Shown here: piece after piece, positions 37,865 through 51,200 of the stretch
Position numbering within the stretch: position 1 is the first letter of the stretch
How the letters are laid out: each line of letters begins with the position of its first letter
Assembly: GCA_043228905.1 (NCBI GenBank)
Contig: JBHGNT010000001.1
Location: 31,062,001-31,126,000, forward strand
Source of the DNA: Azolla caroliniana
Lineage: Eukaryota; Plantae; Polypodiophyta
Direction: 5' to 3'
Length of the DNA stretch: 64,000 nt
Position numbers and translations under genes: made by a program
The notes under the pieces: generated by a model
Told to the model about the DNA's origin: nothing
The model's input: only the letters and a program-made list of their open reading frames with translations
The model's database searches: none

Positions 37865-39656
37865 AGTGCAAGTTGAAATCTGGCATGATGGAAAGATTTA
37901 AAGATGTTGCAAAAACACTACAACTCTGCTTCTATCCACTGCTCCTGTCTGTGAATTGTTGAGACTCAGGGAACAACTCGATTTTGACTCAGTACATTGC
38001 TATATTTTGCATGGTTATCTTGTTCACTGTGTAATTGACAACTCTATTCATAGGATACACAATAGGCAAATGGGAAGTGGTAGCTTATATCTCGATTAAT
38101 TACTTGCTGAAGAAGCCTTCCATATATAGACATCAAGGCTATAGTTGTATTGTTGATTGGCCAACCATATTGTATGAACATAAAAAAAATGCATGGATTT
38201 CTTACTTCCCATTAGATTTTGATTTAAAAGATGATTCTTTGCTTTTTTCTGGAATCTCTTTAGAGATCAATGTTTACGTGGAACTTCATAGTTTTTCACA
38301 CTATTTATTTGCTTCTGTGTTTAACTTTATGATTCAACAGTGGAAAAGCTTTGATCAAGACCAGAAGTCAAAATGTGAGATAGCTGCAAGTGTTGAATTA
38401 ACAGATGTTTCCTCGTGTGTGATTCAACAATTTATGTTTCTTTTTCATGTTCCTTCTCTTGACTGTGATTGTACAAATTCTCTCTATCTTTGATATTTAT
38501 GTTTTTCCACATGTAAAAAGCCACAGTAATTTTGAAGCATAATCACATTGTCCAGATACTCAGTTACTATAAAAAAAAATTGTTGTCATTATGAGAACTT
38601 CAGTTGACCCTGTTTTCCTTGTGATTTCTTATTAAAGTCACGAGTTTCTGGGTACACTATATGTTGGATACGTTTTCATTCTTTCCACCTCATCTTCACA
38701 AGCTTCTCATTTATTCTAGGAAGGGAACATGCCATCACACAAGATTCATAAGTTTTCAGGCACCATAATGCATGCAAAGATATTTTGGGTACATTTTCAT
38801 TCTTTCCGCCTCATAGTCACAAGCTTCCCACTTATGCTATGAAAAAAACATGCAATTATGTGCTCTAATATAAGAGGTCATGTGCTTTCCAATGTAAGAG
38901 GCAATTGTATCTTAGAAGCTACTCCTTGCCTGGAATCGATCAAGTCATCATCATTGCCTCTACCCACTTTTATGCATTGTTCTGTGGTGGTAGGTTTCAA
39001 AAACCACGTACATAAAATTACATGCACAATGGTTCAAAGGGAGAAGAGAAATAAATTATGTACCCAAGATTTAAACCCTGTATCCAGTGTCGACTATTTT
39101 TTCAAAACATAAATGTAACAGACCAGGTCTGAGTTATTATCATGTGTCCGAGCTAAAAACACTTTGCAAAATACAGTTGGATATGAAATCCTTCATAAAT
39201 AATGTATTTCACTACAATGGAACCAAATATTTGATCCAGTTGTATTTTATTATTCATTACTAATCTGGAGGTCATTCAGTGCTGGTTAAATATTCAAAGC
39301 TAACAGAGGTATCCGGACAGGCCCAAACCATTACATGAAGGTAAAAAGCATTACCAAATACAATGGAACATGAAATCCTTTATCATTTGAAAGGCCCACA
39401 AATATAGGACCAAATACTTGAGCTCTGATCCAGTTACGTTTTATTATCCATTGCTAAACTAGAGGTAAAAGTATAACAATAATGTGTACAAGGTGTGATA
39501 AGCATAACAAAACATAATGAAATATGAAATCCCTTGCTGCAAGGCTCGTGGTCACCATCTCATGTTACTGCAACTTTGTAGTAAAGGGAATCAATTTAGG
39601 ATTTCATGCCTCGATCCTAATGCTTTTAGACAGCACAGCAGGATTACATATGGTCT

Positions 39657-42600
39657 TCACGAATTGCAAAAGGCTGCAAGAGTCTCATCAAGAGCCTTTG
39701 GATCAAAGTCCCCTGTGACAAGAGAGTTTCCAAGAGGGCCTTTGAGTAGGATCATTTTCAGCTTACCATCGGCCACCTTTTTGTCCAACTGTAAAGAAGT
39801 AAACCATTTCAGGTTACCATCAGATGGTGTCGTGCAGAATACAAACTAGAACTTATGGCAGATGCAAATGATGTCTTAACATAACACGTGCCAGAACCTA
39901 CTGCAGATGCCAATTATGTCTAATATACCAAGAACCACCCGGCAGACTCAAATGATATCTTACACAATATGAGCTACAAGTTGCAACTATATGCAGACAC
40001 AAGTTGTGACTTGCACAATAAAAACCACAGCCATATGGCAGATGCAATTTATGTCTGGAAAATAATCCACAGTAAAATGTTCAAAGGAGCAGTGGGCAAT
40101 TTTGCACTTTAAAGCAAGTTTACTATTCACTTACAGACATGGTTTCCTTGAACATATCCACTGTAAGATGTTTGGGAGGAGAAGTGGGCAATTTCGCTCT
40201 TTTAAGTATGTTTAATGTCCGGGTCTGTAAAGACTTATCAATCCATCCCAATCTAACCGACATATCAGCTGCCATAGCCTGCACAAGAGTGATCAATCTA
40301 AAGTTTGAATTTACACCATTAAAAGAAGTTTATTGCTATAGTTGAGAAATTCAGGTATCATACTATTCCAGCAGCTACAGCTTCTCCATGTAACCACTCT
40401 CCATAGCCAAGACCTGTCTCAATTGCCTGTATTTTAAAATTATAAAAAGCCAAGATTCAGATTCCCATTTTCCTCCATGTGTGTAACTTTGCTGAAAATC
40501 AAAGGCTCTGATTACATGTCCAAATGTATGACCAAGGTTCAGCAGAGCTCTAATACCCCCTTCCCTTTCATCCAAGGACACAATTTCTGCCTTTGCCTCA
40601 CATGATTTTTTTATGGCATAGGCAAGAGCATCTGGATCTCTGCATAGGAGTAAGACAGTTCTTTGTCAGAGAAAAAACAGCATAACATATGAATATAAAG
40701 ATTGTATAATCATTATTAGAATCAAGAATGTGTATACGGTTTATAACTTTCCAATATCAGAAACTAGATTCCTGGGAAGTGAATTCTTAGGATTCTCATC
40801 ACAACCACGCCTTGACTATGAGACTAGGTTTTTCAAAACAAACATGCACCCTCTGCAATATCACTCTCCATTACCGGCAAGCACGTCAGCTGGATGCCAA
40901 GATTTTGGAACTATAACATGTCCCTCTAAAGTCTAGTATTGTAAGTAGGCATCCAGCGAAAATGTGTTTCAAACGTCCCTACATGAAGGAAACACACATA
41001 ATAGTAACTGAAGCTTGAAGTTATGTGTAAGAAACACCGCAGAATTTACAAATGAAGTCCAAAAAAATGGCTTTTAAAGGTTTTATGGGAAATCTGATAG
41101 CGACCATATGCAGTCTGCAATCTATGGTTGCAGGACACAGTTTCCTGATTGTCTCAATTCGAATCTCAGATCCATTAGCATATAGGACATGTTATCTAGA
41201 TCTTGATATATTTTCTGTCTTTTTCCATTGCCATTTTTTTATCAAACAGAAAATTTTCAATTATTTAAGTTAAACAAATATTATTTTAATGCAGTTAAAT
41301 CTTAATGTGTTTTTATCTGTATCTTTGCTTTCTTGTGAGAATATTTTAATGCGTATAATTGTTTTTTATTTTCTGTTTAGGTATCATCATGTATGACAGA
41401 AAAAAGACAGATCATCATGTTCGTTAGGTTTAGGAAAAAAATAGAAGTATATCTATGAGCTAACGTGGTGTACATAACTTCACTTAAAAAACATTCGAAG
41501 ATGAAGTTTCATACCGTGCTAACAATGCTTCCATATTTTGTTCTTGCCACTCAAAAAATTGAGAATCTCGAATAAGTCCATATTTTATAACTTCTGCAAT
41601 TCCTGAAGCAAGTTCTCTGTCGGGTAATGTATTAAGTGTGTTTGTGTCAATCAGCACACATTGAGGTTGGAAGAATGCACCAATAAGATTCTTGCCCAGG
41701 GGGTGGTTTACTCCAGTTTTGCCTCCTACTGATGAGTCAACCTGAATAATAAAAGAAGTTAAAACAAATATGAATCTCCCTGACCTTGTGGAAGCAAAAA
41801 ATAAAAGGAGTGCATGCTTTACAAACCTGTGCCATAACTGTTGTCGGAATCTGGATGAAGTTCACACCACGCAAGAAAGATGCTGCAGCATAACCACACA
41901 TGTCACCAATAACACCTCCTCCAAGCGCAACAAATGTACATTTGCGGTCCATCCTTGTTTCGATGGCCTTATCAAACACCTTCATTAGTGTTCCCTGTAA
42001 TTATGTTATAACAAAAGTTGATTTCTTGCATCCCATAACTATAAAAAAATAGCACGTGAATTCAATTAAATAATTGTACCATATCCTTATATTGTTCTCC
42101 ATCAGGTAGAATGACACTCTCAACTGACACGTCAAAACCTCCATCTTTGATGGCTGCCACAACCTTGTCTAAGTAAAGGGGTGCAACAGTTGTATTTGTA
42201 ACCACCAAAACTTTCTTTCCTTTAATGTGTCTTCAAAAAACAGAAAATTTCAGATTATTAGTGCACTATGTTCTTGTTAATGCAAAGAAGATTCACAAAG
42301 GTTACACCAATGTCAAATTCTACTTCATTCCGGTGTTCATTTTGACATCCGACCATCCATTAAACATTCAAGAGACCGTAGAGTTTTAAGGTCTAAAAAT
42401 ACTGCTTGATATAGAGAATATACCAGACTAGCTAACCCAATTCAATCCTATAGACGATTCAGTGCATATCATCTAGCTATCCATGAGAAATCCATGAATT
42501 CCATTTTACATAGTCGCTAGATATCATGACTATGGATCCTACGTAATATATCATTTATCACTTACTGGCTAGAGATAGAAGAATAGATTCTATGTTAAAG

Positions 42601-43505
42601 AGCACTTATTACATATTCTGTATCTACATTTGTAACCATCAATGCTATAGAAAGTATCACCACCACTTATGAGCGAGCTAAATGAGTTAGAAAATCCAGT
42701 TATGGAGCATTTACGTCGTGTAAGCTAGTTATTAAAGAAAGAAATCCACTAACCACATACCAGCTCACTATACGAACATGAGTGTGAGTCCAATGCTATG
42801 GAGCATTTCACTACATACTAGCTATCTCTATGAGTACTGACTACATGATATGGAGAAGCTATCGCATACTGGGCAGTCGCTAAACATGTAGAAACCATGA
42901 ATCCTACAGTTCAAAATGGAAATATTATGTCACAATAAGAGCGAGTAGCATCAGCATCATAAAGTATCTGGATGCCTAACAATTTGACTCTTAGAAATGA
43001 GTTTATGCTACTTCACCAGAAATTTTCCATGTCATAAATTATTTGCCCCATACTTGAAATCCATAAGATCAATAATATAGATCATTCACCCCATACTAGC
43101 CTATCCATTGTAAGGAGAACCCCATGAATTCTGCATTAAAAATATCACTAACCTCTGAAGGAGCTCTGGTCTGTCTAACAAGTAGGTTCCAATGTAGATA
43201 GGATAGCTCCGATCTCCAAGGTCCACGTCCACAACAATCATATCACTTTGCGCTGCAGATTTAGTTTCTTCCATTAAACCTGAACTGGCATTGATCTGAA
43301 TCTTTCCACACGAAACTTTCTTCATGATTCGTACCACTTCTGTGTGTCTTTCTTTTGCAATACTTAAACCTTGCCCAAAGAAGTAGCTTGAAGAGGGTAA
43401 TGGAAGCTTCTTAATAAATCTGTTTCGTTCAGTTGAAACAACTTTGTATTTGGAAGCGTAGAAGAAGCTAGCTGAAGTAGAAGAGGATGCAGACAAAGAA
43501 GCCAT
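39657..43505 (-). CDS. DHQS: 3-dehydroquinate synthase, plastid precursor (8 exons)
   Basis: Ser-rich transit peptide, then [80 protein letters not shown] and [23 protein letters not shown] introns; TGA at 39657-39659. Confidence 0.96.
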
Positions 43506-43722
43506 AGCTAGGAATCCAGACGATCAAAATTCTGATCGATCAAAAGACAAAGAAGAAAAGGAGGGGTGAAAGGAAAGAGAGAAGACTGGTCTTCTTCACA
43601 AAGCCTAGTCAGATCAGATGAAAGGAGGAAAAGGAGGAAGAGTAAATCCTTGGACCGATATTCTTCTCTAACCCCAATCAGAACCAGAACCAGAAGAAGA
43701 AAAAGGAATCTTGGGCCAGTCA

Positions 43723-43770
<48 letters not shown>

Positions 43771-45619
43771 GAACCCCTAATCAAAGGAGAGCAGCGGAGA
43801 GGAAGAGGCAGATGAAATGAAGAAGAAGAAGAAGATCACTTAACTTAGACCATGTCAGTCACACGTGTTTTGCGTGCGTGCGTGCATATTATGTGTGATG
43901 TGTTCAGTTCTGATGGGCGATTATAACTTATAAGTATGTAATTGCTTCTCATTCTCATTATCATTGTTATTATGGAGTGTTCCTTCATGTCTCTTCTATG
44001 TCCTTCCTCCACCTCCACCTCCACCTCCACACAAATCTATTCAAAAGCCTTTCATCATCTCCACAAACCATGGCCTCCGTGGTCGTGCGGCTTCTCTGGA
44101 TATGACGTGTAATTATTTATGTATATGTCTCCATTTTCTCTGTTGGGTAGAGTTTACCATCCCCTATTGTATGATCTTTGTTGTTGCCATTTGGGGTTAC
44201 TATCCGACTGTCTTGAAGGCTTCGAATGGGAGTCTCGTTCGATGGCGGTCCGAGAAGATTGAGGACATATCCATGTATTTGGAGTTAGAAGGCTAGCCTT
44301 TTCGTGCAAAACTTAATGTGATGCATCCGGTTATGATTCCTATGGTTTCATATCAACTACCATTGTTGCCCACGGTCAAGACATGCATTTGTGTTTGCTC
44401 ATTTGGTGCGCAAGTTTGTAGAGGGGATCATGTATCAACCAGTGACGCACAAAGAAGAAAGCAATTGTAGCATGGCTAGCATGTTTGATGAAATAATATC
44501 CCTTCACTGATTGGGAACTCCCCCACACCACTACATCATATACGATCATTGTAGCTAATCCCATGTTCCCATGCCACTACTCTACAAAAGTGTGTTGGAT
44601 TTGATCCGTGTTTGTGCGGGTGGAACTACCAAATTTGTGGATTAGGAGATGGGTAAGATGATATGAGATGTCTCAAATAAGAGATAAGAAGTGTCATGAA
44701 AACGAATAGGCATGTTATGAATTTGGTTGAAGAGATTTGGGGCCACCAATTAAAAAACCGTATGCTTTAACTAGAAGAATTGTTTATACGATAGAACTAT
44801 TGTTTGTGTGCTATAATGAAATGTTGGAAGGATATTCAAAGGTATATATGGTACCCTTTTTGCACATAACATGATGCCCTTTTATAGGTTTCCTCATGCA
44901 CCAGGGATTACGTATGTGTCATCACTTGGCATGCGTGTTTTTTACACAAGTCCTTCTTAGTTTATGATATGAGGTTCCAATCTTGTTACTTCAATAATGT
45001 TACATTTTATAAATACTAGGTTACAAATATTATCCTCACATGCACTACCTTTGAAATCAAAACCTATTCTTCATTTCAAGGTGATTTATATCGTGTCCAA
45101 GCCCACGTTGTCACCTTCCTAACCACATGGTAAGTGAGCCATATGCCCAAACACTTAAGCTTGAATGACATTGGTCTATCCTAACCTAACAAGTTTACCT
45201 CGTCCTAACATGAGAAGGTCGCTAGTTAATACAACGAAATCTACCTATGACTTTTCATTGCATTTGACATTCTCTACATGAGTTACAATGGGTTTGCCAC
45301 CGAAATATCTCTCACAAGGAGACCCAATAATATGTCTATGATGGTTATCAACTCTTGAACCAAGGGTCGTCACAATTTGCGATACATTGGCAACAAGTAC
45401 TCTAGAAGCCCTAGTATATATATGAGGAATCCAAGGTTTGGAGAAAGGCTTATATATTTTTAAGCTTTGTAGAGTGAGAGGAATTGATTGTATTTCCTAA
45501 CGTGAATAATGAAGCCCATTTTAATGTTATTTATTGAGTACTTGCTATATCATAATGTTTGAGTTTTGTGGTGATTGTCCTAATATTGCCTTTGTCATCT
45601 CATCGCTACTCTCGAGGGA

Positions 45620-46820
45620 TTTGATCAACCATCAGGGAGCCCAACATCAACATCTTTTTCATAGTAATGCGCATATTGCTCATATGAACCCTTGATGCGA
45701 GGTAAAAAAACACCCCAAAATAGGATTGTACAGAGTGTTGATTCAATACTAAAGTGCTTATTGTTATGTGAATTGCAACGAAGGTATGATCTTAAACAAA
45801 ATTTTGTGGTATGGGGTACCGATGGTGTAAGATCCATCTCATATTCTTTGCTTAGGAGGAAAAGTTCTCTTTGTTCCATTTCTTTCATTAATTATATGTC
45901 CATTTGCTTAACCTTTAGTGTGTCGTGAACAAAGACCATGATTTGTGTGAATGCCACAAAGCATTTGCATGTTCTTGACTCCACGAGAAGAGTAATAATA
46001 ACGTATACACATAATGTGTTTTCACGTTGACAATTGAAATAACCATCTTGTAGTTTCTATCTCGAGGAACTATGGAATACCAACATTGTGAAATTATTCC
46101 ACAAGGAACAACAATGTAGCCCGAGACTTTACAACATGCCATCTCATCAAAGCTTGATAAGTGTTCAAAAATTTATCACCTTTTATATCAAACTTAGCCC
46201 ATTCTTTGTTAGGAAATAAGCTTTTTGTAGGTTCTTGTTCATTTAATGATTGTGGAGATATAACACTCAAAATGTAATATATCCTTCTAATATACTAGAA
46301 GCTTGCAACTATACAAGCATAGTTTAGTTTTAGTTCTTACCACGTTCGTGGTGTGCACAATTTCTCATGTGATAAAAATTGTACTTTTTGGAGCATCACA
46401 ACTATCTTGTGATTTTCTGAGTTAATCTATTGTATAATTTGTGTGGGCCAATCAATCATGTTGAGCGGCAAGCTCAACCGGAGCCAGATCGGCTGAATAA
46501 GCCTGAGCCGGTAAGCGAGATGAATCGGTATGTCGGTGAGCAACCGAGCCGATAAGCAGTAAGGACCAGTGAGCTGGGGAGCTGGTATACCGGATCCAAT
46601 CCGTAACCGGAAGCCTAGTATAGGTTAGACTACTAGGCAGTTATAGTCTCGTAGTTAGTGTCAGACGCTCGTGTGAGCATTGAAGTGCACCGTACTTCTA
46701 ACAGTCCCGTGTGGACTTGTATAAATAGCGCTGATGAGCGCGTTGTAGATATAGAGCATAGAGTATTCATATAATTTCAAAATATAGTGTGTTTTGCTCT
46801 CTCTCTGTCTCTCCCGCGTA

Positions 46821-46852
<32 letters not shown>

Positions 46853-47580
46853 TGTTCTTTCTAACGCTTCCGCAAGCAGTCTTTCACAAATCACAATCTA
46901 GTAATATTGCATGCAATCCATGAATATTCATCAAACTATCCTCAATTTAACATAGAGGATTAATGCTCTAATATTCCAATAACTTAGTTTTTGCCTCTCT
47001 TTATGGAGACCCCATTCAACCACCGTTGCTTCCCTATCGTATCATGTCCCAAAGAATAACCATTTCATTTGGACTAATAATTTGACTCAACTAGAAAACT
47101 CAATGATGATTATATATCATCGATAACTCCATCCTTCACATTAACCCACATAAGTTGAGGGCATCCATTATCACTCTTATATCACTGGATTGTTTTTTGT
47201 GGCAAGATCACATATATTTAAACCATGATGTTGACCGGTGGACACTAGTTTATACATGAAAAATAACAGTGGATGACTTGCAAATTGCATATGCTAATGC
47301 ACTTCTTGAACAACCTTCTTTGGCCGATTCAACTAAACTCCACAAATCCAAACAATTTGCCATTATCGATCCGTGGTCGAGGATGTGGTAGACTTAGTAA
47401 AATTACTCGAGGCATGCAACATCCACGATATCCCATTGGATTGTGACCAAGGCCTTCTCAATGCCAACCTACATGATCAAATCATCCCGGGTGTTTTGGC
47501 ACATACCCCGTTCCAATGCAAGCATAAACAACAATTTGTTGTTGCCATCAATATGAGCAACACTTGTCAAGATCACCATC
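45620..47580 (-). mobile_element. Degraded L1-type LINE remnant interrupted by a solo LTR
   Basis: The minus strand near 47270-47520 reads IEKALVTIQWD... and AKEGCSRSALAYAI..., decayed forms of the RT motifs DIEKAFD.v.W and RQGCPLSP.LF. Trp-rich C-terminal-like fragments occur near 45700-46140. Boundaries approximate. Confidence 0.5.
46459..46888 (+). mobile_element. Solo LTR (430 bp), copia-like
   Basis: Termini TGTTGAG...TTTCACA with a perfect 5-bp TSD AATCA on both sides. Internal TATAAATAG, a (CT)n tract and GCTTCCGC near the 3' end. Confidence 0.88.
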
Positions 47581-47584
47581 ACCA

Positions 47585-47661
47585 TCAACATACAAATACA
47601 AATACAAATACAAATACAAATATAGATACAAATACAAATACACACATGCAAACCCATACGC

Positions 47662-47704
<43 letters not shown>

Positions 47705-47795
47705 TACAAATATGCATACGCATACACATACACATACACATACACATAATAGCATGTATAACATGTAGTTTATCATAATGTGCATACACATACGC

Positions 47796-47838
<43 letters not shown>

Positions 47839-47887
47839 TAATAGCATGTATAACATGTAGTTTATCATAATGTGCATACACATACGC

Positions 47888-47924
<37 letters not shown>

Positions 47925-47963
47925 TAATAGCATGTATAACATGTAGTTTATCATAATGTGCAT
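47585..47963. repeat. Compound microsatellite (ATACAA)n/(ATACAC)n with three identical interspersed blocks of about 40 bp
   Basis: CATAATAGCATGTATAACATGTAGTTTATCATAATGTGCAT starts at 47745, 47837 and 47923. Confidence 0.92.
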
Positions 47964-48130
47964 GATGATAAGAGAAAGAGAAAGAGTAAGAGTACGAGTA
48001 CGAGGCACGAGGAGGAGGAAAATTTAACCCTTTTTTTCTGGGGGGGCTTACTTCTCACATACACTCTCGTTTAACTACCTCCTCCTCCTCCTCCTCCTCC
48101 TCTCCCTCCTTCCGTCAACAACAGCAACAG

Positions 48131-48171
<41 letters not shown>

Positions 48172-48206
48172 AGGGGGGGGAGGAGGAGCGAGCGACAGTG
48201 CGTGCA

Positions 48207-51200
48207 ATGAAGCGAAGCCGAGAAGACAACTCTTCTGCCGCCCCAGGCCCACAGTCTAAACGAGCTTCTTCATCATCAGCGCGTGCAGAAACGTAAGCTT
48301 TTACTTCCCTCCTTTCATCCTCTCTTTCTCGTTGATCAATCCATGGCTTCGTGCTGAATCTACAGATAGATCTAAGCTACCATATATGTACAGGTCTAAT
48401 CAGCAGCCTCAGCGGCTCACCACCGATGATGCTCTCTCCTACCTCAAGGCAGTAAAAGACATGTTCAAGGATAAGAAGGGGAAATATGATGAATTCCTGG
48501 AAGTGATGAAGGATTTCAAAGCACAGAGGTAGGGGGATTCTCTCATTCTTTTCTTCTTTCAGTGCCTGTGTCCACGTCTTTGTTGTTCTTTTTTATTTGT
48601 GACTGTATGTGTAACTTTCTCTATATGCAAAGCTTTATTCTATATGGTAGCTTATTTTTATGCGAGGATTTATATGTACGTGAAGCTTTATAATGTAATT
48701 CGTTTCTGTATGACTGTTTTGTATATGTATACAAGTATTTTAGTTGCATATGAATTTGAAATTTTATGTATGCGAGGATTTATGTGTATATAGCACCTGT
48801 ATGTGAGCTTTAGTTGTGTAAAAGGGTGTGATGATTTATCTGTATTTGAGGCATGTAAGATTGATCTTTGTATGTTGCTTTACCTGTATATATTGATTTA
48901 AAGCTTTACATGTATATATGTAAACGAGGCTTTATCAGCACATATCTAAGAAAAAATGGTAGTGACATCATCAAAACCGGAACTTGAGAGTGATCATTTA
49001 CTTTTGATTTCTGAATGTATCTGAGGCTTTATTTGCACACAAGGCTTTTTAATCTATGTGAATCTTTGTCTGTATAGGAGTCTTTATATCTATATTATTA
49101 AGCAAAAGTATTAATGATTGTCAGAATCAATACTTCGGGAGTTATTTCAAGGGTGAAGGAACTCTTCAAGGGTCATCGAGACCTCATCCTTGGATTCAAT
49201 ACATTCCTTCCAAAGGGTTATGAGATTACTATGCCTCCCGAAGATGAACTGATTAAGAAGCAACCGGTTGAGTTTGACCAGGCTATCAGTTATGTCAACA
49301 AGATCAAGGTAAGCGATCCTATGAGTGTGTTGTGGCTTATTACATTTTTTTTATCTTTCTTGAATTGGTCACTTTTCAGAAGATTCATTTGAGATTCTTT
49401 TTTTATGTTTTGAGATATCATTTTGGTATTTTTGGATCCATGACACCTCAAAGCTCTATTTTTACAGACAAGGTTTAAACACAATGAGCATACGTACAAG
49501 TCATTCCTTGAAATTCTGAATATGTACAGAAAAGGGAACAAAACCATCGGCGATGTTTATCAAGAGGTGTGACATTATTGTTTATGTATGTATAAGTTGC
49601 ATGTTAGCATATTTGCATGGAGACTTGGTGTCCTTGAGCTGTGTACATGCTCAATCATCATATCTTTAGGCAACTTTATGTCTGAATGTCACACTATGTG
49701 TATGTCATGAATAATTTTGTTGGGTGGTAAAATTACTCGCCAACTTGATACCCTCCATCCTCAGTACATAACATCTATGGGCAAATGTTTATGTATCTAC
49801 CCCAAAGGGGTCATTTTGTTGGTTGTCTAGCTATTTATATGCTCCACGTAATTTAGTTCGTGTGTACTATGTATATTCATGTATGACAATTTGTTTCAGT
49901 TTGTGCCCAGTTACTGTTGTTTAAGTTTCAATTTCAAGGGTAAACTTCAAAATAAATTTGTGGACATGCACTGCAGGTTGCAGCACTTTTTAGGGAGCAT
50001 CACGATCTACTTGAAGAATTCACTTATTTCCTTCCAGATACTAGTGGTGTGGTCAATCCACTTTCGAAAGCCTCTGGAAACTCCATGCCACGCCGAGATG
50101 ACAAAGGGTACTCTTGGCCTGTTTCCAAACTGACACACCAATCAGACAAGTTGGGCAAGGTAGCGTCTGCTCATCTGTTGTTTTTTTGCTTTCTAATTCC
50201 AAGTTATAAGGGTCTCAAGAATTCTGAGTTTGTATCAGAGGGAAAGGGTCTCTACTACACATGATCATGATCGTAGCTTGGAGAAGCATACTGGCCATGA
50301 GAATCATGATCATAATAGTAGGATTGAGAAGGACCAAAGAAAGAAAGAAAGAGAAATGAAGGAAGAAAGGGAACAAGAGGAGAATGATTCAGAGGATGAG
50401 CAAGATTCAACTGGAATGCAGCATCCTTCGAATAAGCGCAAATCAGCTCGAAGAGCTGATGAACTGATCCGAAGGCAAACTCAGTTTGGTGAAAGAGGTG
50501 AAGCTAGTGGTCGGTTCGTTGACGAAAAGAAAATTCCTAAACGTATGTGTTATCAGAAATCCTTGTTGACTCCTTATCACACGAGAAATGGCTCATCTAA
50601 CTTCTGGCTGTTTGTGGCGCTACAGTTTTACAAAAGAAACTTGGGTTTTTTGAACGGGTGAAGGCCAGGTTGGGAAATCCTGAGACTTATCAAGAATTTT
50701 TGAAATGCATCAATATGTATACAGAGGAAATTATTGGTCGGAAAGACCTGCATAATTTGGTACGATTCCTTCCAATCCACAATTGCTGACATGCTTAACA
50801 ACTATGGTAGTGAACTCATCTTGTGTAAACAAGATGCTCAATTTGTGCTATTAAAATGTTTGAGGAGATGAACAATTACATTTTTCTTGTGGGTAGATAA
50901 TTTAGTAAGTTGTTAATGGTATTTGCAGGTTGGAGATCTATTGGCTAATTCTCCAGACCTTATAGAAGGTTTTAACGAGTTCTTGACTTTCTGTGAGAGC
51001 AATGGTATGAGAAATGTGCAAGATGGTTGTATAGTCTGGCTATTCATATGATTGATTACCTGGCATGTACCTTACAATGTTTCTACTTACTTTTGTGTAT
51101 GCAGAGGGTTTTCTTGCTAACACCATCAGCAAAAGTAAGTGACAATTATGTCGCTCATTTGACATATTCTGTTTACTTAAAAAAACATTGCTTGTTCTGA

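Noticed and set aside
44822-45646. Possible solo LTR TGTTGG...CCAACA
   Set aside because: The flanks (TGAAA / TCAAC) do not form a clean TSD, so the boundaries are unsupported.
47373-47923. Several overlapping ORFs (poly-HT, -YV, -CM, -VC)
   Set aside because: These are translations of the (CATACA)n microsatellite, not genes.
47745-47963. CRISPR-like look: identical blocks of about 40 bp with spacers
   Set aside because: The spacers are the same microsatellite rather than unique sequences, the context is eukaryotic, and there are no cas genes.
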